Below are positions 12,595 to 23,899 of a DNA stretch of 64,000 nt, one piece after another. Source of the stretch: Camelus ferus (lineage: Eukaryota); assembly GCF_009834535.1 (NCBI RefSeq), contig NC_045696.1, forward strand, positions 17,796,001-17,860,000, read 5' to 3'. The notes under the pieces were generated by a model that searched no databases, had not been told where the DNA came from, and worked only from the letters and a program-made list of their open reading frames with translations. A program made the position numbers and the translations under genes. Every line of letters begins with the position of its first letter. Position 1 is the first letter of the stretch.

Positions 12595-13310
12595 AGAAAG
12601 GATCTATATATAGTGCCAAATACAATGTCAGGTACTCAGTAAATACATCCCCATTACCCAGCTTCCTTCCCCATTTCTCTTCTCTCTTGGACCACTGGGC
12701 ACCCAACATACACTTTTCTTTACATTCTTCCTATACAATTACTTTATATCTATAGTCCCACTACCTGTTGGCACAATATTTTAGGTGAGATTGTGTATTA
12801 GTATGTATTTATGTGAATATTTGTGTTTCAATGTAACAGATTTTTTTGTTGTTGTTTTAAAGAAAAAAGACTAAAAGATCTCCTTTTGCCATAATGCCGT
12901 GAATGAATAATACAAGCAGCAGAGAAAAGCCAATGACAAGTCATTGAGATACTTTTGCAAATTCTGATACCTAGTTTCCCAGCGCTTTGAAAATTAATGT
13001 AAAGTCCTGTCACAGATTTTATTTGCCTATTTTCTTGTCGGTGATCTCGACTCTCTTACTTTTGATTACTTGTGTCATGGATTTTAATATCTGGGATAAT
13101 TTAATTCTGAGGCAAGGAAACTATGAAAATCGTCCGTGAATTTGCGGGATGCTTAATCGCAATGGGGTTAAGAGGGACAAAGAGAAGAATTAACACATCA
13201 ACAATGACTATCTGGAAAAAAAAAACAGAAGTTAGTGGAGACTGAGTAGTTAGCTATCAGACGACTGTAGCTCTGCACAGAAACACAAAGAAATCCCTAC
13301 CACCTTAGTA

Positions 13311-13462
13311 CACTCCTCCCTCAGTCTCTTCGGAGAATTGGTCCCAGGGCTCCCCATAGATACCAAAATGCAAGGATGCTCAAATACTTTCTATGAAATG
13401 ATCTAGTTCAGTCAGCCACTGTATCTGGGGACACAGGAGCAGTGGATACATAGGGCTGCCTG
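13311..13462. mobile_element. MER2-like (TcMar-Tigger) short deletion derivative
   Basis: ta|cactcctccctcag...attggtcccagggctccccc...gataccaaaatgcaaggatgctcaa and end gtggatacatagggctgcctg. Confidence 0.7.
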
Positions 13463-16400
13463 GAGTCCTTGTAAAACAAATGTAATTAAAAAATGTATTT
13501 CTATGTTAACTCACCAGCTTGTATTTGGTATTTCTTATTACTTCTCAATATTTTCTTAATTGCTATCTAGTTCTATGTCCATTTTGAATGGATAACTCAT
13601 ATGCTATAGTATAATTACACAGGTTGAGTCACTTAGTTTCTTCTTCAAGGAAGGAGCTGCTGTCCATTTGCAGAAAGTGTGCACATTATCTGGTTGTCAT
13701 ATCCTTTCAGGTATGGTACACCTTCTTTCAGTCACCTTGTCTGAGATGACACCAGAGCATCCAGTATCTAGTAGCTGGGAGAAGTACAGTCTAAAGAATA
13801 AACTTTTTCTGGCCAATGCTGGGCACTCTAATGGACATTATTTGTTCCAGAGCTACCCACCAATTGGCCAAAACTTGGTCATCCTGCAACATAATTCAGT
13901 TTCTTTTTTGGCTAATCCTACATCCTTCACTTTCTTTTTTTTTTTTAATGATCTCTTTTTCACTGTTGTTATTAATCTCTAACAAATATTTCTTCTCAAC
14001 CTCTGTTCCTGCAGAATCCAACCTGCCACAAATACCTCATGCTTAACATCTCAGTAGCTGATGTTAGGAATGGCTTGTTAGAGGATTTCAGTGTGTGAAA
14101 GGATATTTTGAGAATATTTCAAAGAACTATAGTTTTTCCTGTATTTGCTGCTGTCTGAAAATGGGAGCAATTAAGTGATTTTGTGTCAACTATTATCTAG
14201 GAGGAAAAGGAAATGAAATGGGGCCAAGGCTCAAGCTTTATTTGGTCAACAAGGAGCAGTCCCTCAGGTTAGCCAGCAGAGGGAGACAGTCAGTCACTTT
14301 TGTGGTTGAGACTGTTCTGGAGCGTTCAGTTCATGTGAGATTAAATATAATTACGGAGTGGTCTTTGTGTCTTGATCATCACCAACACACAGTGGCTTTG
14401 TCTGACACTGGTCCTCTGTGATACTGTTTATGTTCAACAGGAGCACATACGATCCTGTTAACAGCCTATTGGATTTGCTTCAATCTGACAACAGTCAGGA
14501 GGTGCTTTATATCCTTTCTCGGGATGTTCATGATTGAGATCAGACCTTTGCCTGATAATAGTTTTATTCAAGGGAATGACCAGAGGACAAAGAGGAACTG
14601 AGCACACAAAAGTGATAGGACAGCAACGATAACTCCTGTGGACTTTGGCGTTTTGCTGAGGGCTGATCCATGTCACAGATACTTGGGAGAATATGAGTAA
14701 AGGAAGCAGGCTCCCACATGTCTGGACGACAGGAGGAAGGCTCCACTCCACCACTGCTATGTGAGAAATTCCTGTGTGTCTTGATTTATATTCACCACTT
14801 TGGAGACTAAATGTGACTATCAAAGTAAATGAACATAATCCTTCAGTGGAATAATTGTAGAAAAACAGAAAGAGACTGAACTCATACATCCTACTTTTTG
14901 GACCTACTTTTAGTCCTAATAAGTTATATGACTGAGGATAACTCTAGTTCTCTGGAAGGAACCAGCTGAACTTGGGGAACTCTAAGATCCATTAGGACTC
15001 CCAAACGCTCTGATCCTACATGCAATCATTAGCAGCTAAACTAAGAATTCTATCTCTTGTGAACAACTAGGGCCATGAAGGAGTAGAACCCTGGATAAAC
15101 TGATATTCCTCTTGGCAAGGGCTGTCTCTGTTAAAATGCAGAATTGAAAGAAAGCCCTATATATTCAGGAGACAAGCATTTCAGAACTTGGGAATGGTAA
15201 GATATGATAGACTTGGACTTGGCAGATAACGTCTAGCCAAGAGGCTTTCTAATACGGGACACGGGCCAGCCACAGAAGCAAGAAGCCAAAATGGGTTAAG
15301 CTAAGATTAAACAAGCAGTCACTGATCTGTTCAAGCCAGGATGAATAACTCTAGACATAAGACGAATCCAAAGCAGTAAAAAGAAATCAGTCATCCAGGG
15401 ATCAAAAGAGTCATGGAATGAAGTCAGGAATGCGTATTTTAGGGCAGGGTAGAGAAGAAATTCAAGACATGGGACTAAGCAGATAAAACATCCTGGGTAT
15501 CTCTTATTCCTAGTAGCATAATGTTTGTGACACTTACAGTAAGTCTAGAAGCATCCTCACATGGATTCCCACCAACTTGACCTTATCAGACACATCAAAA
15601 GACTATTCAAGGGAAAAGAGCATCAAAACAGGGCATGGGGAATAAATGTTTCCCTCATTTTAAGGTCACTTCTGCTTAGAAAAATTGAATAATAATTAGG
15701 AAAATATGTTACCTCAATATAGATAGAGGCACTTAAAATTTATAAATTCAGAAAATGTATAAATGTATTTTCTAAAAAGTGACTTCACACTCTTTTCTCT
15801 TCAACTTAACATGATATTTCTTTTAAAGTAAGCCAGATTCCAGATAAACTGAAGGAGAGGGAGAAAGACTGAGAAGTAATTATCACCTCTAAAAATAGAA
15901 CCACTAAAACATGGCTTTGTCAGTTCACAAATAATAAGTTATCAAGAAACACTCCCCTTAGCCATCTTCACAATAATCGCATCTCAGAAAATGTACTTCG
16001 GACATCCAAATGCTCCTTACTTGTGTAAACTCTCAAACTTAAAGTTCGGGGGAAAAGTCATTATAATTTAATCTGTAGAGTAGATAGGGAAACTGCCAAT
16101 GCTGCAAGAAAAAATAATCTTTCAAATATCCAATTTCATGGTTCAGAATTGTCATGGGGATAAGAAGTCATCTTGCCTTGCTGAACTCTTCTGAAGGCAT
16201 AGCTTCCAGGTTTTGGTAGGAGCGCAGTTGGCTCTCCGGTGGTCCAGGTGCTCAGATCAATCCTCTGGTTCAAGCTCTCCGAGTCTCAAGCTGTGCTCTT
16301 GTAATTACTGGGAAGCAGCTTCTGGCGCGGGTAAAAGCCAGCATCTTTCCTGAATATCCGCACTGTTTTTCTCCCTCCTCTTTACTCCCAGGAGGCTGGA

Positions 16401-17019
16401 TCTGTTCAAAAACCAGGTTCAGACACCCTCCCTACTGAAGAAACATCTTAGCTTCACTACGGTTTACATTCCAAAATATTTATTCTTATCCCTGAAGCAT
16501 CACGGAATGAACACTGCAGTCAACCTCTTCTTGCCTTGACAATTTGAAAATGAAAGAGATTCACTCCTTTTCAAGAGCTTTTTTTGCATAATGGTGACCA
16601 TATAGTCAGCATTCGAATAGTTTTTAGTGAATACATAAAGGAATACTCTCAGATAGAAAACTTAAATATAACATTTAAAAAATATCTCTCTGTGTCGATT
16701 TACCACTTTAAATTATTCTTGAGTGAGACTTGTCTCACAGAAGAGCAAGTAAACAAGAAAAAAACAACGTATTTTCACTGAGTTAAGAAAAGCATTAGGT
16801 GTCATTTCACTTAAAATTTTGTAGTTTCTTTCTCAACAATTCTTTTTTTCTTTCCCCTCACCCCAAGCCCCAGAGCACAGAGTTCAAGGAAATATCTGCG
16901 GATGGAGCACAGCACAGAGATGTATTGATCTGCTCTCACTTCCTGGCCCCACATGCCACAAAAGCCCTCAAATAATAAGTTTTTACTGGGTTCTTCTGCT
17001 GTCTTCCCATTTAAAAATT

Positions 17020-17385
17020 AAAGCCAACATCCATCTCATTGCTCTAAACATAAAAATGAGACTCAAGGGATCCTTCACTACTTTGTTATATGTCACCTCC
17101 ACATCCTGCCCATCTTCCAGGCCCTTCGTATTTACCTTCAAATACACCTGTATTGTGTTCACTTGCTTCCATTTCTAGGACCACCGCCCTGACACGAGCC
17201 ACCATCAGATCTTGATTGTTCTCCTCCTGATGGTTTCTTGCCTTGGTTCCTTCACAAATCACTTCCCAAACAGCAGACAGAGTGGTAATTTGACAACCCA
17301 AACCAAATCACTCATTGTACCTGTTTGAAATCTGTTAGTACATCCTCTCCTCGTTAAAAACAAAACCCAAAGGCTTGATTCTATC
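17020..17385 (+). mobile_element. L2 fragment
   Basis: accttcaaatac...accaccgccctgacacgagccaccatca...cagcagacagagtg...aaatcactcattg. Confidence 0.7.
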
Positions 17386-17389
17386 AGTT

Positions 17390-17690
17390 TAGGTGATTCT
17401 GGCCCATGTGAGGGATACATCTCAAAACTGCAGTGGTGCAGGAAATGTTTATTTCTTCCTCATATAAAATCTAAAACCAATCTTTGTGGTTATATGGTAG
17501 TTTGCTTCTAGTGGTTCTTAAATAGCCCAAGCCCTTCGAAAACCTGGATCTTCTAGCTTCAACAGGCAACTTTCAGAGGTGCCATTGCTTGATTAAATCT
17601 AGCCTGGAGAAAGAAAATAGAGGGTGGTCTGTAAGAATTCTTGTTGGTCAGGCTTGAAGTGGGAGCGATGTGTTTCTTGAACATTTATGT
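17390..17690 (-). mobile_element. Old MaLR LTR fragment (MLT1K/L-like)
   Basis: atctcaaaactgcagtgg...gtttatttcttcctcatataaaatct...ggtcaggcttgaagtgg. Confidence 0.4.
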
Positions 17691-17779
17691 TCATCCCTAC
17701 CTCTTCTGTTTGGCTTTGTCTTCTATTTAGGACATGCTGAATCCTCTAAAATTCATGTCTTTTCACAATTTTCAATTTC

Positions 17780-18055
17780 TCAGAAAGACCTTTCCTAACA
17801 AAAGAATACAACAATTTCCAGTCATTCTATTTCAAAGCCCTGATTTATTCCAATCTTGCTACAATCCAACCTTACTACAAAATGCAGAAACATCATATGC
17901 ATTTATTTATTTTTTTAACTCACGTGTTGGTTATCTCTCTGCCTCCCCTGAGCCTCCCTGGAAGGGAGTCTTGACTCACATGCTCTATTAGCACTTGGAA
18001 GAAGGAACTGATTCTCATGGGCTTTTAGTTAAAAGCATTTTTGAATGAATGAATC
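17780..18055 (+). mobile_element. L2 3' end
   Basis: gagcctccctggaagggagtcttg...tttttgaatgaatgaat tail. Confidence 0.55.
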
Positions 18056-19589
18056 AGTGTACATATGAACTGATTATCATTCCTACTTTAAAAAAAAAAG
18101 CATATAATCAAAAGAGCTAATTCTTCTTTGTGGATGAAATTAGAGAAAAGAAGCATAAGAAAGCATTAAGGAGGATCCCAAAATTTGCATAGTGAGTCAA
18201 AAGTTGACTGAGAATAGAAGCTGGAGTTTCAGACACCTTATCTAGGCTTTATTTCAGAACTCTGCAGCAGTCCTAATTAACAGTCAAACATTTCCATATA
18301 TAATATGCTCTAATTTCTCAAGAGACAAGTCTACATAGGCTAAGAGATTTAACTATCCTGTCTCATCAATTCCTCCACCCCCGTTATTTTTGCTAAACTG
18401 GAAGACTGTTAGCTCAAATGCAAGAGAAAGTTTTAAGTTTAAAATGAAAAATGCTATTTGTAATCTCTGAAGTAAAGATTTTTTCCTATGTTGCTTTCTC
18501 AGTTTTACTCTCTGCTTTATATAAGTTTTAGTCAGAACAGCAATGAAAAGAGCTTAGTTGGTTGATGATTTGCAGTAAAATGTTACCATTTGAGTGCTTC
18601 ATTATTTCATGCTTTATGCAGAAAAGTAATATCTAGTTGTAAAAGAATATTCTGGAGAGTTGTACTTCTTTATAGAATGTGAATCGTTAAAACAATTAAA
18701 AATAAAAATGCATGTTATCCTCACTTAGTAAGTGCATTAGTATTAATCCCACTTGTATTTATTCAAAAGTCTAGTTTAAGATTTGAATTTAAAGGAAAAA
18801 AAGAAAACATTATCATAAACCATGACAATTGTTACTGGCTTTAGGAAATACTTTACCAACAAATCAAATCATATTAGAACAAAGATCTCTAACTGTTCTT
18901 TCAAGGTCTTGCTAATAATTCTTTTATCCAATACAGTGACATCCTGCTCTAGTAAAATAATATGAATAGCCTCAATAATTTGGCTAGTCTCTTAGAACTT
19001 ATGTAATTGGACTGTAAATCCTTCTAATGAGATTTGCTCTTTGTACATCTTGAGCCAGCTATTTCCTGATTTCCCTCGCTTTCAGTTCATAGATTTTAGT
19101 AACAGGATCTAAGTTATCTGGAAATGACGTGGCCCCTAGAGAATGGGTTCTTTGTAGGACAAACCTAACTGACTTTCATGTCTCAAAGTCTCAGGCAGTA
19201 TTTAACTTTCAAGTCTTCCAATATGTTGGATTTGGGTGATGATGATTTGCATAAAGTGAGGAATGAAAACCACTTATGTTGTGGCAAGAATAATACTCTG
19301 AAAAAATAGAAAAAGTAAAACTCATGTGCCAAGACTCTGCTATCTGTTTCAGCTAAATTGACCTAATTCCTAAGTGAGGAATTCAGAATCTAAATTTCAT
19401 ATACAGTTGAGAAAATCAGTAGACTGTAGAAGTGAGGAGTTAGAGCATTTCCACTGAAGGCTGTCCAAGCAAGGAAAACAACAGGGTCACATAAAAATGC
19501 TAGTAAAATCAAGTGAATGTCTTGATTGTCAAGTGAGTTCCTAAGAGAAGCTGTAGAATGGCTGGTAGAGGTCGATAACAAGAATTCTA

Positions 19590-19825
19590 GAATAAAAGAG
19601 ACCTATAGTCAAATCTTAGTGCCTGGAATTTTCTAGCTGTGTCTTGAGATGAGTTCCTTAATCCCTCCGATTCCTGTTTTCTTATATTTAGAGTGAAATT
19701 AATGAAACACAAGTCGAAGAGTTACTGATGATATTAATGAAACACGTGTGTTGCGTGTGTATGTAGTGTATGCAGCGAGTGTACGCGGTGAGCTCGGGCA
19801 TCATGACTGTTATGTGCTGCTGCTG
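19590..19825 (+). mobile_element. MIR SINE
   Basis: tcaaatcttag...ctagctgtgtcttgagatgagttccttaatccctccgattcctgttttcttatattta (MIR core). Confidence 0.65.
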
Positions 19826-22204
19826 TTGGTGACAATGGTGAGGATGATAATGACGATTTCTAAGGTACAGTTGTGTGCAGTCAGCTTATTTATGCTTCTC
19901 ATTTTATGTATCATTTGTAACAAATATTGATATAACTTCTGGAATATTTTTTTTTACTGTATATAACAGTATAACTTAAATTGAGTGAAGACTATTCTGC
20001 AACTATGTAACACCAATCAGAGTATCAATTGGCTGTAATAAATACTGTCTTTGCACAGTTATATATCCAATAGCAATTCTCCACTATAACCTTTTTATTG
20101 AATATTGTTAACATTGTCTTTTACCTATCTTAATTTGGATATACAGCAAGATTAATTAAATACTAAATAATGGCTAAAGCATGTTCTGTTCTCATTAGCT
20201 GACACCACATTTGCTCAAAATCAGTCTACCTCCTTAAAACTCAGGTCAAAATATACCATTCTGTGTGGCTATTCTATTAGCCCTGGAAGACTACAATAAA
20301 AATATATCTTCTGAGGAATTACCAAATTGTAAGAAGGTTTAAATTTTGGTTTTATCTACAATTTGGATTATACCTAACTTTTAATATACATAGGACAGAC
20401 AAGTGAGTTTTGTATACTTACTATGCTAATTACACCAGACATGATAATGATTGATTAACTTGCTTTGATGTCAGTGGCTCAATGAAGTTTAAAATTCAAC
20501 CCAGGGACCTTCCTTAGTACACATTAGTAGGGGTTAAGGACTGTCAGATTTCCATGTGTCAGCCTCCAGCATCTGTCCTTTGTGCTCTCTTGAAAGTCAG
20601 GGCAGAGTGAGATTGCAGTCCCCCTACAGAGAAGAATGAGAGCTGGGCCCACGATGCAGAGATAATGGGTCTGGAGAGGGTCTCAATAACCTGCCATTTG
20701 ATTGAGACAGAGGGTGCAAGCAGCCCCAGGTAGAACAAATGAAGGGACCCTGGAGCAGCAAGCTTTATCTCATTGACCCATGGGTTCCTTCATCCATCCC
20801 TTCCTCAGTGTGCATCTCATTAAAATCATTTAACGTGTTTTCCCCTTTATTAAGTTGCCTTTGACAGTAAATCTGAATAAAGATTTTGGTTCATTCTGCC
20901 CTAACATTAAACATTACTTCTTCCAGAAAAAAACTCAAAATCTCAGGAAAAAAAAGTTTTAAAAGCTGAAAAGAAATTTCTTTCTTTCTTTCTTCTTCTT
21001 TTTTTTTTTTAATCTTTTAACAAATACTGCTTTTCTCTGTGGTCTGACACTACTCAAGTTCCCTAGTAATTAGTCAGTAAATGAAGTGGTTAAAAAGGTG
21101 AAGTATTTCTATTTCAAACTTTGATAATTACTTACATTTAAAATACATGACTCTCTTTATCCTAAGGTCTACAAGTATTTCATTTCCAGCTAAGTTAATG
21201 AGAACATTAGAAAGGAAATGTGTGTCAAATCATTGTAATTCGGTGGCCTTCAGAGGGAAAATTTGGAAAATACAACAAAATGAGTAGTTAGTCCCCTGAA
21301 TGGATGAGTGAGAATGCTGTAAAGACCAACATGTACTTAAGGTTTACTGTAATTTCTTGCTTGGAACACTCCCACTTCTTTGATTAGAGTTAAAACTGCT
21401 TTGAGGAATATAATATATTCATCACTATAGAAATGAACACTGGACTATGTAAGGAAAAGAAGGGACAAAAGTATAAGAATTGGTCAAAAAGAAGAAGTTC
21501 TACCTGCCATCATGCTTCAGAAAGTACTCAGAGTGGTCTATTTTTTAAGCAGTTGAGTACTCATTTTTATTGGCTTATTTATATGTTTCAATAAAACTAA
21601 GCATTGAAAACATCCATGCTCTTTGAATTATATCAGATTTAGAAAATGTTTTGGAAAAAATAGAGAGGACACAGCATAGTGATAGAATATGGGGTTCAAC
21701 ATGAGTACATCTGTATTTCTTCTTGATTTTTCTTTGTACTTTTTATTTCCTCCCACATAAGAGTGGAATTCGATAAGTATACCACCTGGCCTGGAGACGT
21801 AGGACTTGTCTGAGCTGGGAAAACCCTGGATGAATTTTATAGCATCCTTAATTAATAGAGACATTTTCAGGGAAGGAAACATCAGATATCAACTAGTACA
21901 AAAATTGGAGGCACAATATCAACGTGCGCCTTCCTGTGCCACGACACCCTCCCAATTTCCTTTCCTTTCACCTTTTTCCCAGATTCCCTGTGCTCGTGCA
22001 GGTTTGAAACTGTCAAATTTGCTCTATCAAGCCAAATTTCCAATTCTCTTCTAATTCCAACACTATAAATAGCATAAGTGGCTTTTTTTTTTTTTTTCAT
22101 TTTCAGCAATTGAAACTAAGCTATCAATTCCTCAGCCTTCTTTCACTGGTTAATTGGACTTTATCTCATCTGTGTTCCTGCAAGATGGTCATTCTTTGTA
22201 CTTT

Positions 22205-22620
22205 GTTCTGCGAGGCATCCAAGTTGAGCATTTAAGCCAGGTGAGGCCAATTATAACACTGCCTCCCTGTGGGAAGAGTCACTGATGCAAAAATGGGCAC
22301 TAGGACTCAGGTAGACCAATAAAAATCATCCTGTGAACTTTCCTGCTGGGAATGATGGGGATACTGTCTTCATTTTGCATCATAAGCTATAAACAAATAG
22401 GGTAAAATTTCCAGGAGTCATCCTTCTTGGTTGTGCAGAAAGTTTATCTGCAACAGGAATAGAAAGTCCAATATGAAAAAAGCAGCACAGATCATATTAA
22501 GATGAACTGAGAAAAGGAGGCAGAGTCGTGACAATGTTACTTTAATCCTGCATCTATCTATACCTGAAACAAACCTCTTTTTACATGAACTAACAATTTC
22601 AAGTTAGAGTTGCACTTCTC
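22205..22620 (+). mobile_element. MaLR LTR (MLT1K-like)
   Basis: ggccaattataac...aatgggcactaggactcaggtagaccaat...tcctgcatctatctatacctgaaac...acatgaactaacaatttc. Confidence 0.6.
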
Positions 22621-22769
22621 TAATAAATATGAGTGAATGAGTTTACCCAAAACATTTACATTGTTTACCAAATAAGTAAGTTGTACCATTTGTGGGAATA
22701 TAAATTTGTAGTTAATAATAATATGTGTAAATACTTATTATTGTAAGATACTATATAATACATTTGTTT

Positions 22770-22950
22770 AATTTGCATAGCACTTGTAGTTTCCTCTTAT
22801 TTTACAAATATTTGTTCATTCTAGGTCGCAATTACTTTCTGGACTATTTAACACAAGTATTAACTAGTTTAGCTTTTGATCACAATCACACAGCTAGTAA
22901 ATAGCCAAGGTGGATTAGAGCCCAGATGTTTCAATGTCTGCTTATGACTT
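22770..22950 (-). mobile_element. MIR SINE
   Basis: caatcacacagctagtaaatagccaaggtggattagagcccagatg. Confidence 0.55.
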
Positions 22951-23409
22951 TTCCTTGATACTTGATAAGTACCTTTTTCCATTCTGTCACTCCTTGTCTA
23001 CTCTAATGCTTCCCAACTTTTGTCCACTCCTCTCACTGATCTGCTAGATATTCAGCAGCGTGAGGACACGGGCTTCTGTCATGTTCCCCAATTCTCCTTC
23101 ACAGCCTCTTCCCACCCAAACGCCTGTGCTATGTAGCATCATGTCTACCGCCAAAAGTATGAATTAACAGGAGGGGGAATAATGGAAGTTGGGAGATGCT
23201 CTGCTCTCACTGACAGTCCCAAGGAGGAAGATGGAATTCCTGGCATTGAAAGACTGAAGTATGATGTACATTTTGGAAGGTGAGCAGAGAAATCGAATGG
23301 GAATAGGGTAGGAATAAAAGCTCAAGAAAGATTTGTATTTATTTATTTATTTATTAGTGGGAAATATCAGAGCAGGCTTCAGAGTCAATTCTAGGCTCCT
23401 GCAGAGAGG

Positions 23410-23899
23410 CAACATATTCTGTTGCTGACTCATTTGTTTTCCCGTTTCACGCCTGGAATATTCTCCCGATGGCCAATAAGAAGGAGTTTCTCAGAGCTCC
23501 TGCTACAGAAGCAAAACTGACACAAAGCCCCAGCTGCTTTGCTCTGAAATTCATTCCTGCAAGTGTGTCAAGGAATTTCCTTCCACAAGGTGGTCCTTGT
23601 TAATAACTGAGTGAAGCAAGGAAACAAAGGTAGACCCTTTCCTGAGAAACATGAGATTCCACTGTCAGCTGACCTTGACTCAAAAAATCTTTGACATATT
23701 TGCCAAACATTCATTAGACTGCATGTCAGACTGTCTCTTCCTCTCTTCTTCACTTGGAACCAGACTTGCTTTGGGGTCTGATGGTTCCCCCAGCTTTCCT
23801 TGAGTCTCTATTTTCTTTCACAGTTATTTTCCTAATAGAACCTTTACACAACTGGTCTCATATTGACTTCTGCTTCTAAGAGGACTTAGATTAACTCAG
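23410..23899 (+). mobile_element. ERVL LTR (MER54/MER74-like)
   Basis: ttagactgca...ccagacttgc...ggtctgatggttcccccagc...ttctgcttctaagaggacttagattaactca terminus. Confidence 0.6.

Noticed and set aside
14458..14889. 143-aa ORF
   Set aside because: No recognisable domain or splice support; within chance length
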